Notes: generated from the sequence alone by a model not told the origin. A stretch of DNA of 22,068 nt from Candidatus Hermodarchaeota archaeon (GCA_016840065.1 JAEOTB010000062.1:1-22068); one strand, 5' to 3'. Shown: positions 7,505 to 17,387, numbered from the stretch's first letter. Translations and numbers: made by a program.

Positions 7505-9427
7505 TTAGTGGTGTCTTGGACCATGTGGACCTCCTTTACGGCTAGTCCTCTTTACTTGGGGTTTCTGGTGAGTTCCTGCCAGCTCTTCCTGGGCAACTCT
7601 GATAGCTTCTTCAGAGAGTTCATCGACTGATTGATGCGCGTAGTAAGTATCGTACACTGCTTTGTATTTGCCTCCGAGAGCAAGGAGTTCTTTATGGGTG
7701 CCTTGTTCAATAAGCTTGCCATGGTCAAACACTAGAATCCGAGAAGCATTTGCTATAGTTGTCAGTCGATGGGCAATGACCACCGTAGTTCTATTAGCGA
7801 ATAGCTTCTCCTGTGCCGCCTGGACAAGGGACTCAGAATAGGCGTCCAACCGGCTCGTAGCCTCATCGAGGATGAGTATCTTTGGGTCAGCCAACATAGT
7901 ACGAGCAATGGCAATCATTTGAACCTGTCCAACACTGAGGTTCTTTCCGCCTTCTGTAAGCATCGTGTCATAGTTCTGAGGTAGCACTTCGATGAATTGG
8001 TGTGCTCCTATCAGCCTACAAAGTTTAATGACTTCTTGGTCTGAAGCGGTAGGGCGACCGTAACGAATGTTCTCCATTACTGTGTCATCAAAGAGATAGG
8101 GCTCCTGGGCAATCAGGGCAATCGTGTCATGGAGAGACTCTAGTGTCACCTCACGAATGTCCTGATCACCAATCAAGATTGCACCTTGCTGCGGATCATA
8201 GAACCTGTTGATTAGTGCCGCAATAGTAGTCTTTCCCGCACCGGTGTGGCCCACAATGGCCACCATTTCACCAGGATTTACTAGGAAACTAACATCCTTC
8301 AGCACATCAATTCCATCAACATACGCAAAGGTCACGTCTTCAAAGGTAATGCCATCGCTGTCGGGATCTAGAGGAATTGCTTTTGATGAGTTAGTTACAG
8401 TAGGCTCTTTTTCAAGAACATCTAAGAGACGGTCCATAGATGCCATCGATGCCTGGAACTGAGTCGCCATCATACTCAAATGTAGAAGGGGTCGGAGGAA
8501 GCGCTGAATAAGAATAGTGCCAAGGAAGACCTCGCCAAGCGTTAGAAGGGGTGCCGTACCAACCGCTAAACTGCCTCCAACAAATAAAACTGCAGCAACT
8601 GCAGCAATACCGGTTGCACGAACCAAAGGCTGCATAAGGGTCATCAGCATCATGAATGAAAAACCATGACGGTAGGCTTCTTGATTCAATTTGTGAAGCG
8701 TGGCAGCTGTTTCCTCTTCTCGGTTGAACGCTTTGGCAATCTGAACTCCACTTAGGTTTTCAGCAATTTGCCCTGAGACATGGCCAAGGGCACGTCTGGT
8801 GGCAAGCATTGTCCGTTGCCCTACAGTTCCAAATAGAAAAACAATGAGGATTACAACGGGCACAACGATAAGTGCCGTTAGTGCAACAGACGGTGCTGTA
8901 GCCCACATGATTATAACCGTTGCAATCAGCAAGAGGAATTGACTACTAAAATCTATGATGATTTGTATTCCAGCTCCCAGCGTATCTGTATCCGAAACAA
9001 CACGGGATGTAACATCACCACTCTGCTCAGATTTATGATAAGATAAATCTGCGCGAACTAAACGATTGTAGACGCTCTTTTGCAATAACTGGACAAAGCC
9101 TGCTTGGGCTCCAGAGAAAACCCAAGTATATAGCGAACGCAGAACCCAGCTGGTTAGCCGTAAAACAACATAGATGATGCCTAGAAGGAAAAGTCCACTA
9201 AACAAGCTGCTCGGTGCTAGAACAAGGTCGATTCCCCAGGAAAGTACTAATGGGTCGACTGCTGTAACGACAGTAGCAATTAGTACCAATATTGCGGCAA
9301 CAACTACCTGCCTTTTGAAGCGTCCTAGGTACGAAAGGGTTCTACCCAATAGGACTCTGAGTGATCGACTGAGTTTCTGTCGTTCCCTCGATAGGGCAGT
9401 TGGGCCTCCATGGCGACGCATCCCCAT
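7505..9427 (-). CDS. Heterodimeric ABC exporter subunit (TMD-NBD), carries consensus catalytic Glu/His
   Basis: N-terminal TM domain, Walker A GHTGAGKT, Q-loop AQEP, altered signature LSVGQ, Walker B ILILDEATS and H-loop IAHRL. Start overlaps the partner's stop at 9427. Confidence 0.95.
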   Translation of the reverse strand: MGMRRHGGPTALSRERQKLSRSLRVLLGRTLSYLGRFKRQVVVAAILVLIATVVTAVDPLVLSWGIDLVLAPSSLFSGLFLLGIIYVVLRLTSWVLRSLYTWVFSGAQAGFVQLLQKSVYNRLVRADLSYHKSEQSGDVTSRVVSDTDTLGAGIQIIIDFSSQFLLLIATVIIMWATAPSVALTALIVVPVVILIVFLFGTVGQRTMLATRRALGHVSGQIAENLSGVQIAKAFNREEETAATLHKLNQEAYRHGFSFMMLMTLMQPLVRATGIAAVAAVLFVGGSLAVGTAPLLTLGEVFLGTILIQRFLRPLLHLSMMATQFQASMASMDRLLDVLEKEPTVTNSSKAIPLDPDSDGITFEDVTFAYVDGIDVLKDVSFLVNPGEMVAIVGHTGAGKTTIAALINRFYDPQQGAILIGDQDIREVTLESLHDTIALIAQEPYLFDDTVMENIRYGRPTASDQEVIKLCRLIGAHQFIEVLPQNYDTMLTEGGKNLSVGQVQMIAIARTMLADPKILILDEATSRLDAYSESLVQAAQEKLFANRTTVVIAHRLTTIANASRILVFDHGKLIEQGTHKELLALGGKYKAVYDTYYAHQSVDELSEEAIRVAQEELAGTHQKPQVKRTSRKGGPHGPRHH

Positions 9428-11229
9428 TAGGAAACACCTCCCTTACTAGTCATCCTTCGCACATAAGGCAAGGCGCCTGGCAAACGTTCGAAGATTCTAC
9501 GATAATGTTCTGAGGATTCCAAGAGTTCGTCATGTGCTCCAATTGCCACAAGACGCCCTTTATCGACAATAATTATGAGGTCTGACTCCAAGAGGGTTCG
9601 GAGCCGCTGAGTAACTGTGATGCTTGTACGTCCCTGCATCACCTCATCCAAAGCCTTCCGCAGGAGGAACTCAGTTTGGGCGTCGATTGCACTAACTGAG
9701 TCATCCAACAGAAGAAGCCGCGGATCTTGTACCAGAGTTCTGGCAATGGCTAAGCGCTGTCGCTGTCCTCCACTAAGTGTCATACCTCGTTCACCAATTA
9801 TTGTATCATAGCCATTTGGCATCTCGCTAATGAACTCGTGAGCTTGTGCTTTGTGTGCCGCCTCTAGGATTTCCTCCTCGCATGCATCTACGCAGCCAAA
9901 GGCGATATTATCTCGAATGCTTCGACGGAAAAGGAAGATGTTCTGTTCCACCAAGCCCACAGCTGCCCGTACATCTCGGGTCTGGACTTTTCGAAGATCA
10001 GCTCCCCCGACTCGAATTCTTCCCTTGGTTGGGTCATAAAGCCTCAGTAGCAGTTTCAGAATTGTGCTCTTCCCACCCCCAGGGCCGCCAATCAGTGCTA
10101 CTCTCGACCCACCGGGTATTCTGAAGTCTATTTTTCTCAAGGCAGAGATGGAATTTTCTCCATTATTCGAGGTGTAATTAAACGTCACATTCTCGAATAC
10201 GATATCTCCGCTCCAATCCACTTCAACAGAATGCTCTGGCTCTTGGAGTGGGTCCTCCCAGTTTAGAAGCTTTACTATACGCTGTGCATTAATGTTTGCT
10301 CCTCGAATTACAAGGAGAAAACGTGGTAAGAAGAAACTGAAAGCATCAAAGGAGGCAAGAAGACCAAGGACCTTCACTAATGTACCCACTTGATAATACC
10401 CAAGCAAGACCAAATAGGCGATGTACAGAAAGGAGATAAACGTAATAGCCATGATGATTAGGTGGGGGATATAGAAAGATGCCAGTCTCGCTTCTTGGGT
10501 TTGTAGTCGCTGATACTCCTTAGACGCAACTTCGAATTTCTCCTCTTCAAACTCTTCGGTACCGAAGGCACGAACAACCTCTATTCCTCGGAAGACCTCC
10601 TGGCTGATGGCTGTGATAACTTCATTCTGTTTTGATCGTGCTCGTCTAACTGGTTCTACCTTTTCCGCATAGCGGTATGCGAAGAATAGGTATAGGGGTG
10701 CTCCTCCCAGCATCAAGAGGCCAAGCCACATGTCTACAAAGGCAAGAAATATGGAGGTGATTATTAGAGATCCTAGTGCTGTGATTATGTTCCGTAGTGC
10801 TGGGTTCAAGGAGAAGCGGACCCAACGGATGTCCTGCATAGCTACTGCAAGCAGTTGCTTGCTATCCACTTGGTCGTGGAAGCTCATGCTATTGTCTTGT
10901 ATAACCTCAAAAAACTCCTGTCGAGCGTCCCGTTCCCATCGCAAAGTTATGATGGCAAATGCATAACCGACTGCAAGGGTTGTTACAAAGAGTGTACCTG
11001 CAACTCCTAAAATTAACCAGCAGTAGTAGACAAATGTTGGTGTAATACCTAGTCCGTTATCAACGGCGAATTGCAGCGCGTCTGTTGCATCACCTAGAAA
11101 CCAGCCCGGTAGAACTGTTAGTAGGGCAGCAAAAAGAGCTAGTCCGCCTGCAGTTATTGCCAGCCCCTTGTATCTGCCAAGTGCTGCAAGCTGATAACGT
11201 GTTGCACTTTTGTATTTGCGCTGTGACAA
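9427..11229 (-). CDS. Heterodimeric ABC exporter subunit (TMD-NBD), degenerate-site subunit
   Basis: TM domain, Walker A GGPGGGKST, canonical LSGGQRQR, Walker B LLLLDDS (Asp for catalytic Glu) and switch TQR (Gln for His). Confidence 0.95.
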   Translation of the reverse strand: MSQRKYKSATRYQLAALGRYKGLAITAGGLALFAALLTVLPGWFLGDATDALQFAVDNGLGITPTFVYYCWLILGVAGTLFVTTLAVGYAFAIITLRWERDARQEFFEVIQDNSMSFHDQVDSKQLLAVAMQDIRWVRFSLNPALRNIITALGSLIITSIFLAFVDMWLGLLMLGGAPLYLFFAYRYAEKVEPVRRARSKQNEVITAISQEVFRGIEVVRAFGTEEFEEEKFEVASKEYQRLQTQEARLASFYIPHLIIMAITFISFLYIAYLVLLGYYQVGTLVKVLGLLASFDAFSFFLPRFLLVIRGANINAQRIVKLLNWEDPLQEPEHSVEVDWSGDIVFENVTFNYTSNNGENSISALRKIDFRIPGGSRVALIGGPGGGKSTILKLLLRLYDPTKGRIRVGGADLRKVQTRDVRAAVGLVEQNIFLFRRSIRDNIAFGCVDACEEEILEAAHKAQAHEFISEMPNGYDTIIGERGMTLSGGQRQRLAIARTLVQDPRLLLLDDSVSAIDAQTEFLLRKALDEVMQGRTSITVTQRLRTLLESDLIIIVDKGRLVAIGAHDELLESSEHYRRIFERLPGALPYVRRMTSKGGVS

Positions 11230-11287
11230 TTTTTGAGTCTCCGGGTGTGTTTAGAGTTCATTATCTGGTTTCGGGTCGACTCTCTGA

Positions 11288-11330
11288 TGATAGCTCGGTA
11301 ACCGATATATCTGATAGCTCGGAAACCGAT
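11288..11330. promoter_or_regulatory. Tandem palindromic operator (2 x 19 bp, period 24 bp)
   Basis: tgatagctcggtaaccgat (11288-11306) and tgatagctcggaaaccgat (11312-11330), 18/19 identical, each with a TCGG-WAA-CCGA dyad. Confidence 0.7.
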
Positions 11331-11336
11331 GCATTC

Positions 11337-11344
11337 CTATATAA
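11337..11344 (-). promoter_or_regulatory. Putative TATA box of the ABC exporter operon
   Basis: TTATATAG on the minus strand, immediately upstream of the operator repeats and ~110 nt before the TTG start. Confidence 0.5.
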
Positions 11345-11555
11345 GAATTATGCTCAAACTATCGAGCCCAATTATCCAACAATAACCTGAGAAGCATCTC
11401 GCGGTTCCAACCTGAACTTACATTTCACTTAAATCTGGTCTCCACGGGAATCCCAGAGGACGACCCCTAAGCATGATTTGAAATCTCCGGTCTTGTAGTC
11501 AAAGACAAACATCATAAGAAATGATTTCCACTTACATCCAAAGGAAGGCCGATAC

Positions 11556-12317
11556 ATGACAGCATTCGAAGACCTAGCTCTAGTCTATGATAAAGCGATT
11601 GATTGGGAGCAGCGATTGCGTCGGGAACTTCCCTTTCTGTTAAAACTAGTAGCAGGAAAGGAAAATGCACGAATCCTTGACCTGGCCTGTGGGAGTGGTC
11701 GTCATGCAGTTGCTCTAGCAAAACAGGGCTTCAAGGTAGTGGGCCTAGATACAAGCGCATCGATGATTAAAACAGCACGCCAACTAGCTCAAACCGAAAA
11801 AGCCTCTATAGACTTCTTTGTCGACGATATGACCACAGCTGAAGAGTCCTTAGTTGGAAAGTTCGATCTCATCACCTGTCTCGGTAACTCGCTTGCATTA
11901 CTACCAGACCTTGAGGCTCTGGAAAAGACGATAATCGGTTCTTACTCCTTGCTTAGAGACAGTGGTGTCCTAGTTACCCAGACATTAAACTTCAAGGAAA
12001 TAAGGAAATCCAGGTTCCGCTTCTTCCCCCTGAAAGGAGGCTACACTAGGAATGGCTCTGAGGTAGTTTTCACTCGATTTTTCGAATCCTTTGAAAACAA
12101 AGACAAAGCCATATTGGTGCTGGCTTCCTTTCTGAAACAGGCTGATAAATGGGTTTCTCATATCTCTAGGCAGCAAGTCCTTCAGCTTGAAAAACCCATT
12201 CTTGAAAACGTGTTCAGAAAAGCAGGGTTCTCGGAAATTAACTTCTATTCCGGGTATGACCACCAATCCTTTCTGCCTGAGGCGAGTCGAAGTCTAGTTT
12301 TAGTAGCAAATCGTTAA
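11556..12317 (+). CDS. Class I SAM-dependent methyltransferase (glycine/sarcosine N-methyltransferase-like)
   Basis: ILDLACGSGRH motif I, VVGLDTS, FDLITCLGNSL. Confidence 0.88.
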   Translation: MTAFEDLALVYDKAIDWEQRLRRELPFLLKLVAGKENARILDLACGSGRHAVALAKQGFKVVGLDTSASMIKTARQLAQTEKASIDFFVDDMTTAEESLVGKFDLITCLGNSLALLPDLEALEKTIIGSYSLLRDSGVLVTQTLNFKEIRKSRFRFFPLKGGYTRNGSEVVFTRFFESFENKDKAILVLASFLKQADKWVSHISRQQVLQLEKPILENVFRKAGFSEINFYSGYDHQSFLPEASRSLVLVANR

Positions 12318-12337
12318 CATTTGCTACAATCAGGGTT

Positions 12338-13084
12338 CTAGGTTTTCCTGAACAAGTATATGGCCCATCCCAGGGTTTCTCTCCCCCAGCGTATGTAAGT
12401 CTCCTTGTTTTGTTGGCTTCTATTAGCTAGTTCCTCGTTATCAGGGTCGTCCGGATTCGCCTGTATATGTTCATCAACGGCCAACCATTGCAATGTTTCG
12501 TAGTGATCCCAATCGTCATGATTACTAACAAGAGTGTATAGGCAATTCATCCCCTCTCCTTCACCTACTTGGATATTCTCTCGGTGAGTTCCTAAGTCAT
12601 CCCTTGATAAATCCGCTACTGTGAGATATTCATCACAGGGCTCTTTCATCCAGAAGGGCTCTCCTACAGCAATAAGACCGCCTGGTTTTGTAATTCCTTT
12701 CAGAGCTTTTAGGGTTCCAAGGTAACCTTTGTAAATCCAGCTTGCTCCGATACACGATACCAAATCGAAGACTTCACCTGGCTTTGGCTTGTATCTAGAA
12801 GCGTCCATTTCGATGAAAGTGATGCTGCTTTGTCGTAATCTTTTACGATGCTTCTCTTTGCAGTCTCTTATGCAATAGGGTGAAAGGTCTACACCTACTC
12901 CGCTAATTCTGTAAAGTTCAGCGAGTCGAACAAGCAGTTCGCCTTTACCGCAGGCAATGTCAAGTACTTGTCCCCTTGGCTTAAGCCTAAGAAGCTGACA
13001 GAACTTCTCAAACTTTGCTTCGCTGAGAGGATTGCATAATACGTGAAGTTTGTGAGTGATGTTGTAGTACTTCCATTTATCCAA
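12338..13084 (-). CDS. Class I SAM-dependent methyltransferase (YjhP-like)
   Basis: VLDIACGKGE, GVGVDLS, CIGASWI, KPGGLIAVGEPFW and C-terminal RETLGWAIYLF; TTG start. Confidence 0.88.
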   Translation of the reverse strand: MDKWKYYNITHKLHVLCNPLSEAKFEKFCQLLRLKPRGQVLDIACGKGELLVRLAELYRISGVGVDLSPYCIRDCKEKHRKRLRQSSITFIEMDASRYKPKPGEVFDLVSCIGASWIYKGYLGTLKALKGITKPGGLIAVGEPFWMKEPCDEYLTVADLSRDDLGTHRENIQVGEGEGMNCLYTLVSNHDDWDHYETLQWLAVDEHIQANPDDPDNEELANRSQQNKETYIRWGRETLGWAIYLFRKT

Positions 13085-13109
13085 GAAAATACACCTAGAG
13101 GGTTACAAT

Positions 13110-13436
13110 CTACCATTCCGATCGCTCATAGAAATATTCTGGCTTCCATTCTGATTGCCAGTGTCGCCGTCGTTTTCTTTTAGTTCTACTTTGCTTCTCC
13201 ACTCGACGATACCGGATTAACGACTCTGCTTGTTCTAGAAGCACAGGATTCTGTAGACGTTTCTGCGCTGCAGCAAGAGTGCGATAATAGCGAATACGCC
13301 TGCCTACCCAAACTATCGCGTAACAAACATTGAAGCCTACAGGTGGCTCTGAAAACCCTGCATACAAATCTGGTACTGGTACATCAACTTGCTTTCGACG
13401 AATCGCTGCAAGTAACTTCTTCTCACTTGACATCAC
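13110..13436 (-). CDS. Hypothetical basic protein
   Basis: 108-aa ORF filling the gap in a minus-strand run; GAGG upstream; Arg/Lys-rich C-terminus. Confidence 0.6.
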   Translation of the reverse strand: MMSSEKKLLAAIRRKQVDVPVPDLYAGFSEPPVGFNVCYAIVWVGRRIRYYRTLAAAQKRLQNPVLLEQAESLIRYRRVEKQSRTKRKRRRHWQSEWKPEYFYERSEW

Positions 13437-13512
13437 TAGCCGCCTCTTAAGGCTAGCTGGGTAGGTTGGTAGTATTTCAGCCTATCTTATCGTGGATACT
13501 CGGCACACTAGA

Positions 13513-13686
13513 CTAGGGGGGTGGAAACAGTCTAGGAAGCCAGAAGAAGAAAAACCACAGAACAGCGATGATAATTATTACTATGATAAGGATTGGGCAC
13601 CAACAGAGCATGAAAGCGGCTCGTCGCCCTGCTGCTCTTCTTCTCCTGCGCCAATAGTTCCACAGTGGTGAAACTAGTTGAAACAT
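13513..13686 (-). CDS. Small single-pass membrane protein (57 aa)
   Basis: Below the ORF-track cutoff: MFQLVSPLWNYWRRRRRAAGRRAAFMLCWCPILIIVIIIIAVLWFFFFWLPRLFPPP*. TTTTAT box at 13710-13715, ~24 nt before the ATG. Confidence 0.7.
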   Translation of the reverse strand: MFQLVSPLWNYWRRRRRAAGRRAAFMLCWCPILIIVIIIIAVLWFFFFWLPRLFPPP

Positions 13687-13741
13687 ATAGGCAATTCTGT
13701 GCTAATCTGATAAAAGCTTGACTCCTGTTCCCAACCTTAAA

Positions 13742-14809
13742 TCAGATCCATCGCTTCCTTCGAAAGTAAATTAGCATACCTGTTCCAATGACTAGCATGC
13801 TCAGCATAAGAAGCGGATAGCCTAGGGGGTATTCGAGCTCCGGCATGTAACGGAAATTCATACCATAAATCCCCGAAAGAACAGACAAAGGAATGAATAT
13901 CGTCGAAATTATCGTTAGAATCTTCATTATATCATTCATTTTATTGCTGACACTCGACAGATAGATGTCCAGCATTCCCGAAAGTAGGTCTCTTGAGGTC
14001 TCGACCGTGTCCATGACACGAATAGTATGGTCGTAAATATCTCTGAGATATCTGTGGTTGGCTTCTGTTGAAGGTTCTAGAGGCTCTCTCCGCTCCAAGC
14101 GGCCAACGACTTCTCTAAGAGGCCAGATTGCTTTCCGTAATAAAATCATTGTGTGCTTTAATTTGTGGATAGATTGGAGGGTGAGTTGAGTTGGTTTGCT
14201 GACCAACTCCTCCTCTAGATTTTCGATTTCCTCTCCGAGTTGTTCTAGGGCTATAAAGTAGTGGTCAATAATAGAGTCTATTAGCGCGTAAACAAGGTAA
14301 TTCGCTCCCATCTTTCTTATACTGCCCTTATCGTCCTTAATCCATGCTCGTATTGGATCGAAGACATCATCCTTCTTTTCTTGGATTGAAATAACATAAT
14401 TAGTGCCAAGGATTAGGCTAATCTGCTCTAAATCAATTGATTTTGTTTGAGGGTCGTAGTGTACCACTTTTAAGACGATATATGTGTAATCACCGAAAGT
14501 CTCGGTTTTTGGTCGCTGGTCAGTGGCTAGAATGTCCTCTAGAACTAATCCATGCAATCCAAACTCTTCACCAATCTTCCTTAGAGGCTCGATTTCAGCA
14601 AGCCCCTCCACCATTACCCATGTTGTTCCTGGACCATCCCTGAGGGAACGAATTTCCTCGACGGTGTCAACCTCCACCTCCTTCGCTTCTGTCTCCGTGT
14701 ATGTTAAGACTGAAACTTTCGTTGTTTTGCTGCGTTTTTCACCAACGTGGACAAGGCTTCCAGGGGGGAGCCAAACCTTCTCTGACCGTCTGTTTACTTC
14801 TTTCGTCAA
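13742..14809 (-). CDS. corA: Magnesium/cobalt transporter CorA
   Basis: LPPGSLVHVG N-terminus, LHGLVLEDI..TDQRPK, YLRDIYDH and the GIYGMNF..MPEL signature followed by a TM helix. Confidence 0.96.
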   Translation of the reverse strand: MTKEVNRRSEKVWLPPGSLVHVGEKRSKTTKVSVLTYTETEAKEVEVDTVEEIRSLRDGPGTTWVMVEGLAEIEPLRKIGEEFGLHGLVLEDILATDQRPKTETFGDYTYIVLKVVHYDPQTKSIDLEQISLILGTNYVISIQEKKDDVFDPIRAWIKDDKGSIRKMGANYLVYALIDSIIDHYFIALEQLGEEIENLEEELVSKPTQLTLQSIHKLKHTMILLRKAIWPLREVVGRLERREPLEPSTEANHRYLRDIYDHTIRVMDTVETSRDLLSGMLDIYLSSVSNKMNDIMKILTIISTIFIPLSVLSGIYGMNFRYMPELEYPLGYPLLMLSMLVIGTGMLIYFRRKRWI

Positions 14810-14895
14810 ACCAAATCACCTCGAAGGTTCACCCTTACTCTTTAGCTGCAATTCTTTAATATATTGAGTCTTTGGATTGAAAGGGTAGAATTAAG

Positions 14896-15942
14896 GTGAA
14901 ACCGTTGCTCAAAGTGTTAAAGAGATTATTGGCAGCATCTGGGGTATCTGGATATGAGGAACCCATAAGGGATTCAATTCGAGAAGTTGTTGGTGACCTT
15001 GCTGACCTTGAAACAGACGCACTAGGCAACCTGTTTGTCACGATAGGTGAGGGGGCACCCCATATCTTGCTCATCGCTCATATGGATGAACTCGGGCTAC
15101 TTGTCACACACATTGAGGAAAATGGATGTCTTCGCTTCAGAAAGGTTGGTGGCATTGATGATAGAGTCCTTCCCAGCCGCCGGGTAATCGTTCATACCCG
15201 TGATGGTCCTGTTCAAGGAGTCATAGGTATGGTACCTCCCCATCTTTTGCTAGATAGAGCTCAAATGAAACGAGTGGTTCCTTGGCATGAGATGCACATC
15301 GATCTCTGCACTCGTAGCCGCTCAGAGACAGAAGCCTTGGGAGTACGGTTGATGGACCCGATAACGCTCCACAAAGAAGCCTTCCTAATGCAGAAGGAAT
15401 ACCTCTGTTGCCGCTCGATTGACGACAGATTCGGATGCGCTGTACTAGTTAAACTTCTTGAACGTCTTCAAAAACAGAAACTTAATCGGAGAATATCTAT
15501 TGTCTGGAGCGTTCGTGAAGAAATAGGGCTCCATGGGGCAACAGTGATTGGGAATCGGCTATCACCCGATATTGTACTTGCAGTCGATTCCTACGCCACT
15601 GGTGACGCGCCGGATGTTCCTATTCATCTAGCACCCGCCCGTCTTGGTGATGGGCCTGTGCTTCGCCTCGTCGACAACCGTGCCATCGCCTCAACAGAAC
15701 TACGACACCAACTGGAAACCTTGGCAGCCAAGCACAAGATTCCCCTCCAAATGGGCGCCACTGGCGGAGGCACAGACGGCGGCGCGATTCAGGTGAGTGG
15801 AGAAGGCGCTCATATGATGGCGATATCAGTGGCCGTACGCTATCTTCACTCAATGGTAGAGATATGTCATCTTGACGATTTAGCCAATCTTGTCACTCTC
15901 TTGGAGAAGGCAGCATATTGTTTAGAAATTCCAAAGCTTTAG
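14896..15942 (+). CDS. M42-family metallo-aminopeptidase (TET/FrvX-like)
   Basis: GVSGYE, AHMDE, IDDRFG, REEIGLHGA, VD, GGGTDGG and RYLHS metal-ligand motifs. Confidence 0.92.
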   Translation: MKPLLKVLKRLLAASGVSGYEEPIRDSIREVVGDLADLETDALGNLFVTIGEGAPHILLIAHMDELGLLVTHIEENGCLRFRKVGGIDDRVLPSRRVIVHTRDGPVQGVIGMVPPHLLLDRAQMKRVVPWHEMHIDLCTRSRSETEALGVRLMDPITLHKEAFLMQKEYLCCRSIDDRFGCAVLVKLLERLQKQKLNRRISIVWSVREEIGLHGATVIGNRLSPDIVLAVDSYATGDAPDVPIHLAPARLGDGPVLRLVDNRAIASTELRHQLETLAAKHKIPLQMGATGGGTDGGAIQVSGEGAHMMAISVAVRYLHSMVEICHLDDLANLVTLLEKAAYCLEIPKL

Positions 15943-16004
15943 CATATGCTCTTCCTAACCATTTATAGCAGTCACTACGTCCATATTGGGCTAAGGTAAT
16001 CACA

Positions 16005-16904
16005 ATGCAGCTACTAGACCCACTCTTTCACATATTATTCCAGGTAATTGTCTGGTGGAGCCAATGGGGCGTCTGGGCCATTCCAATCCTCGAGGTAGTA
16101 GCAATCTGGTTTATCATATTGATAGCGACCAGTATAATAACTCGGTTGTTCAAAAGGCGAGCAACAAGGGTCGGGATACCAGCAGACGCGGTGAACGGCA
16201 TCACACTCGCATTAAGACTCCTCGCAGTCTATGCGGCATTCATAACACTATTCATAATTGTACCTCCACTAGGAGAGTTGGCCACAACAGTAATCGGAAG
16301 CTCATCGCTCCTCCTAGGCACAGCAATCGGACTCGCTGTAGGTCAAGCTGTGAAAAACATCGTAGCGGGAGTGTACGTGATGCTGACCAATCCGTTCAAT
16401 GTTAGGGATTATGTGCGTATTGGGGATAGCGAAGGTATTGTTTTAGAGATTAGTATGAATTATACTAAGATCCGTCAGGCGGATGGGTCCATCGCCTTGA
16501 TTCCGAATAATAGTGTTCTTTCTTCAACCGTGGAGAATTTCAGGTTTAAGCAGAAGCATCGCGAATCAAAGCGAGGTAAGAGCTCTGATGAGGGGTCGAT
16601 TCCAAAGAGGCTGCTCAGGACTATCAGCAGCTCTGTTATTGATCCTCTGTCACTCATTCAGTATTCATTTAGAATGGCGTTCCCGCGTACTGACGATATT
16701 GTTTCCTACGACAAGGCGTTTGACCTGGTATGTGAAAGATGGGCAGATCGGTTTGGTTTCACACCTGTGTATGCACTAGCCGATGTGACTCATGTAGCCT
16801 TTTCATACGCTTTCACCATCTTTGTAGACGATGCACAGAAACTACTGGAATTCAAGAGCGACTTTATGGAGGATGTGGTAGGCACTGTCTACAGACCCTC
16901 TTAG
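16005..16904 (+). CDS. Small-conductance mechanosensitive channel (MscS family)
   Basis: Three TM helices, IGLAVGQAVKNIVAG, PFNVRDYVRIGDSEGIVLEISMNYTKI, IPN. Confidence 0.85.
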   Translation: MQLLDPLFHILFQVIVWWSQWGVWAIPILEVVAIWFIILIATSIITRLFKRRATRVGIPADAVNGITLALRLLAVYAAFITLFIIVPPLGELATTVIGSSSLLLGTAIGLAVGQAVKNIVAGVYVMLTNPFNVRDYVRIGDSEGIVLEISMNYTKIRQADGSIALIPNNSVLSSTVENFRFKQKHRESKRGKSSDEGSIPKRLLRTISSSVIDPLSLIQYSFRMAFPRTDDIVSYDKAFDLVCERWADRFGFTPVYALADVTHVAFSYAFTIFVDDAQKLLEFKSDFMEDVVGTVYRPS

Positions 16905-16928
16905 AGCTTTGAAAGTGAGGTTGCAGTA

Positions 16929-17387
16929 TTGGGTGAAATCGCAGTAAAGACCATCACACCAATTGACGTTTACTGTGTCGAAGGCACGCCTCCAGATTTG
17001 GGTAAGATGATGGCGAAACTAATGGAATGGTTTCAAAGCAAAGGCGTCATTTCAATTAGTGACCAAATCGCACTCTTTCACGCCATGCCTGATGAGGCTC
17101 CAAAAGTTGAAGATATTAGGTGCGAGGCCTGTGCTGGCGCTTCTCCCCCACCAGAACCAGACAAGCAGGTAATCCGAAAGACATTGCTTGAAGTCAAAGT
17201 CGCCTATACTACTTACAAAGGTCCACAGTCAGCGGAGAAGGATATCTCTATTGTTCTAGAGGTCGCAAAGTGGATGAAGAGAAACGGCTACACACAGGCT
17301 GGTCCGGTTCGCCAAGTATACCATAGAATCTGGCTAGAAGACGATAAGGCACATGTCGAAATGGAAACACAAATTCCCATTGAGTAA
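16929..17387 (+). CDS. Stand-alone GyrI-like small-molecule-binding protein
   Basis: KVAYTTYKGP, KWMKRNGYTQAGPVRQVY and METQIPI pattern; TTG start with GAGG upstream. Confidence 0.8.
   Translation: MGEIAVKTITPIDVYCVEGTPPDLGKMMAKLMEWFQSKGVISISDQIALFHAMPDEAPKVEDIRCEACAGASPPPEPDKQVIRKTLLEVKVAYTTYKGPQSAEKDISIVLEVAKWMKRNGYTQAGPVRQVYHRIWLEDDKAHVEMETQIPIE

Noticed and set aside
11288-11330. Direct repeat as a mini-CRISPR array
   Set aside because: Only two 19-bp copies with a 5-bp spacer and no cas genes.
16902-16931. The mscS TAG is in frame with the GyrI-like gene
   Set aside because: Only an 8-codon spacer, and it contains a GAGG ribosome-binding site for the downstream gene; ordinary operon spacing.
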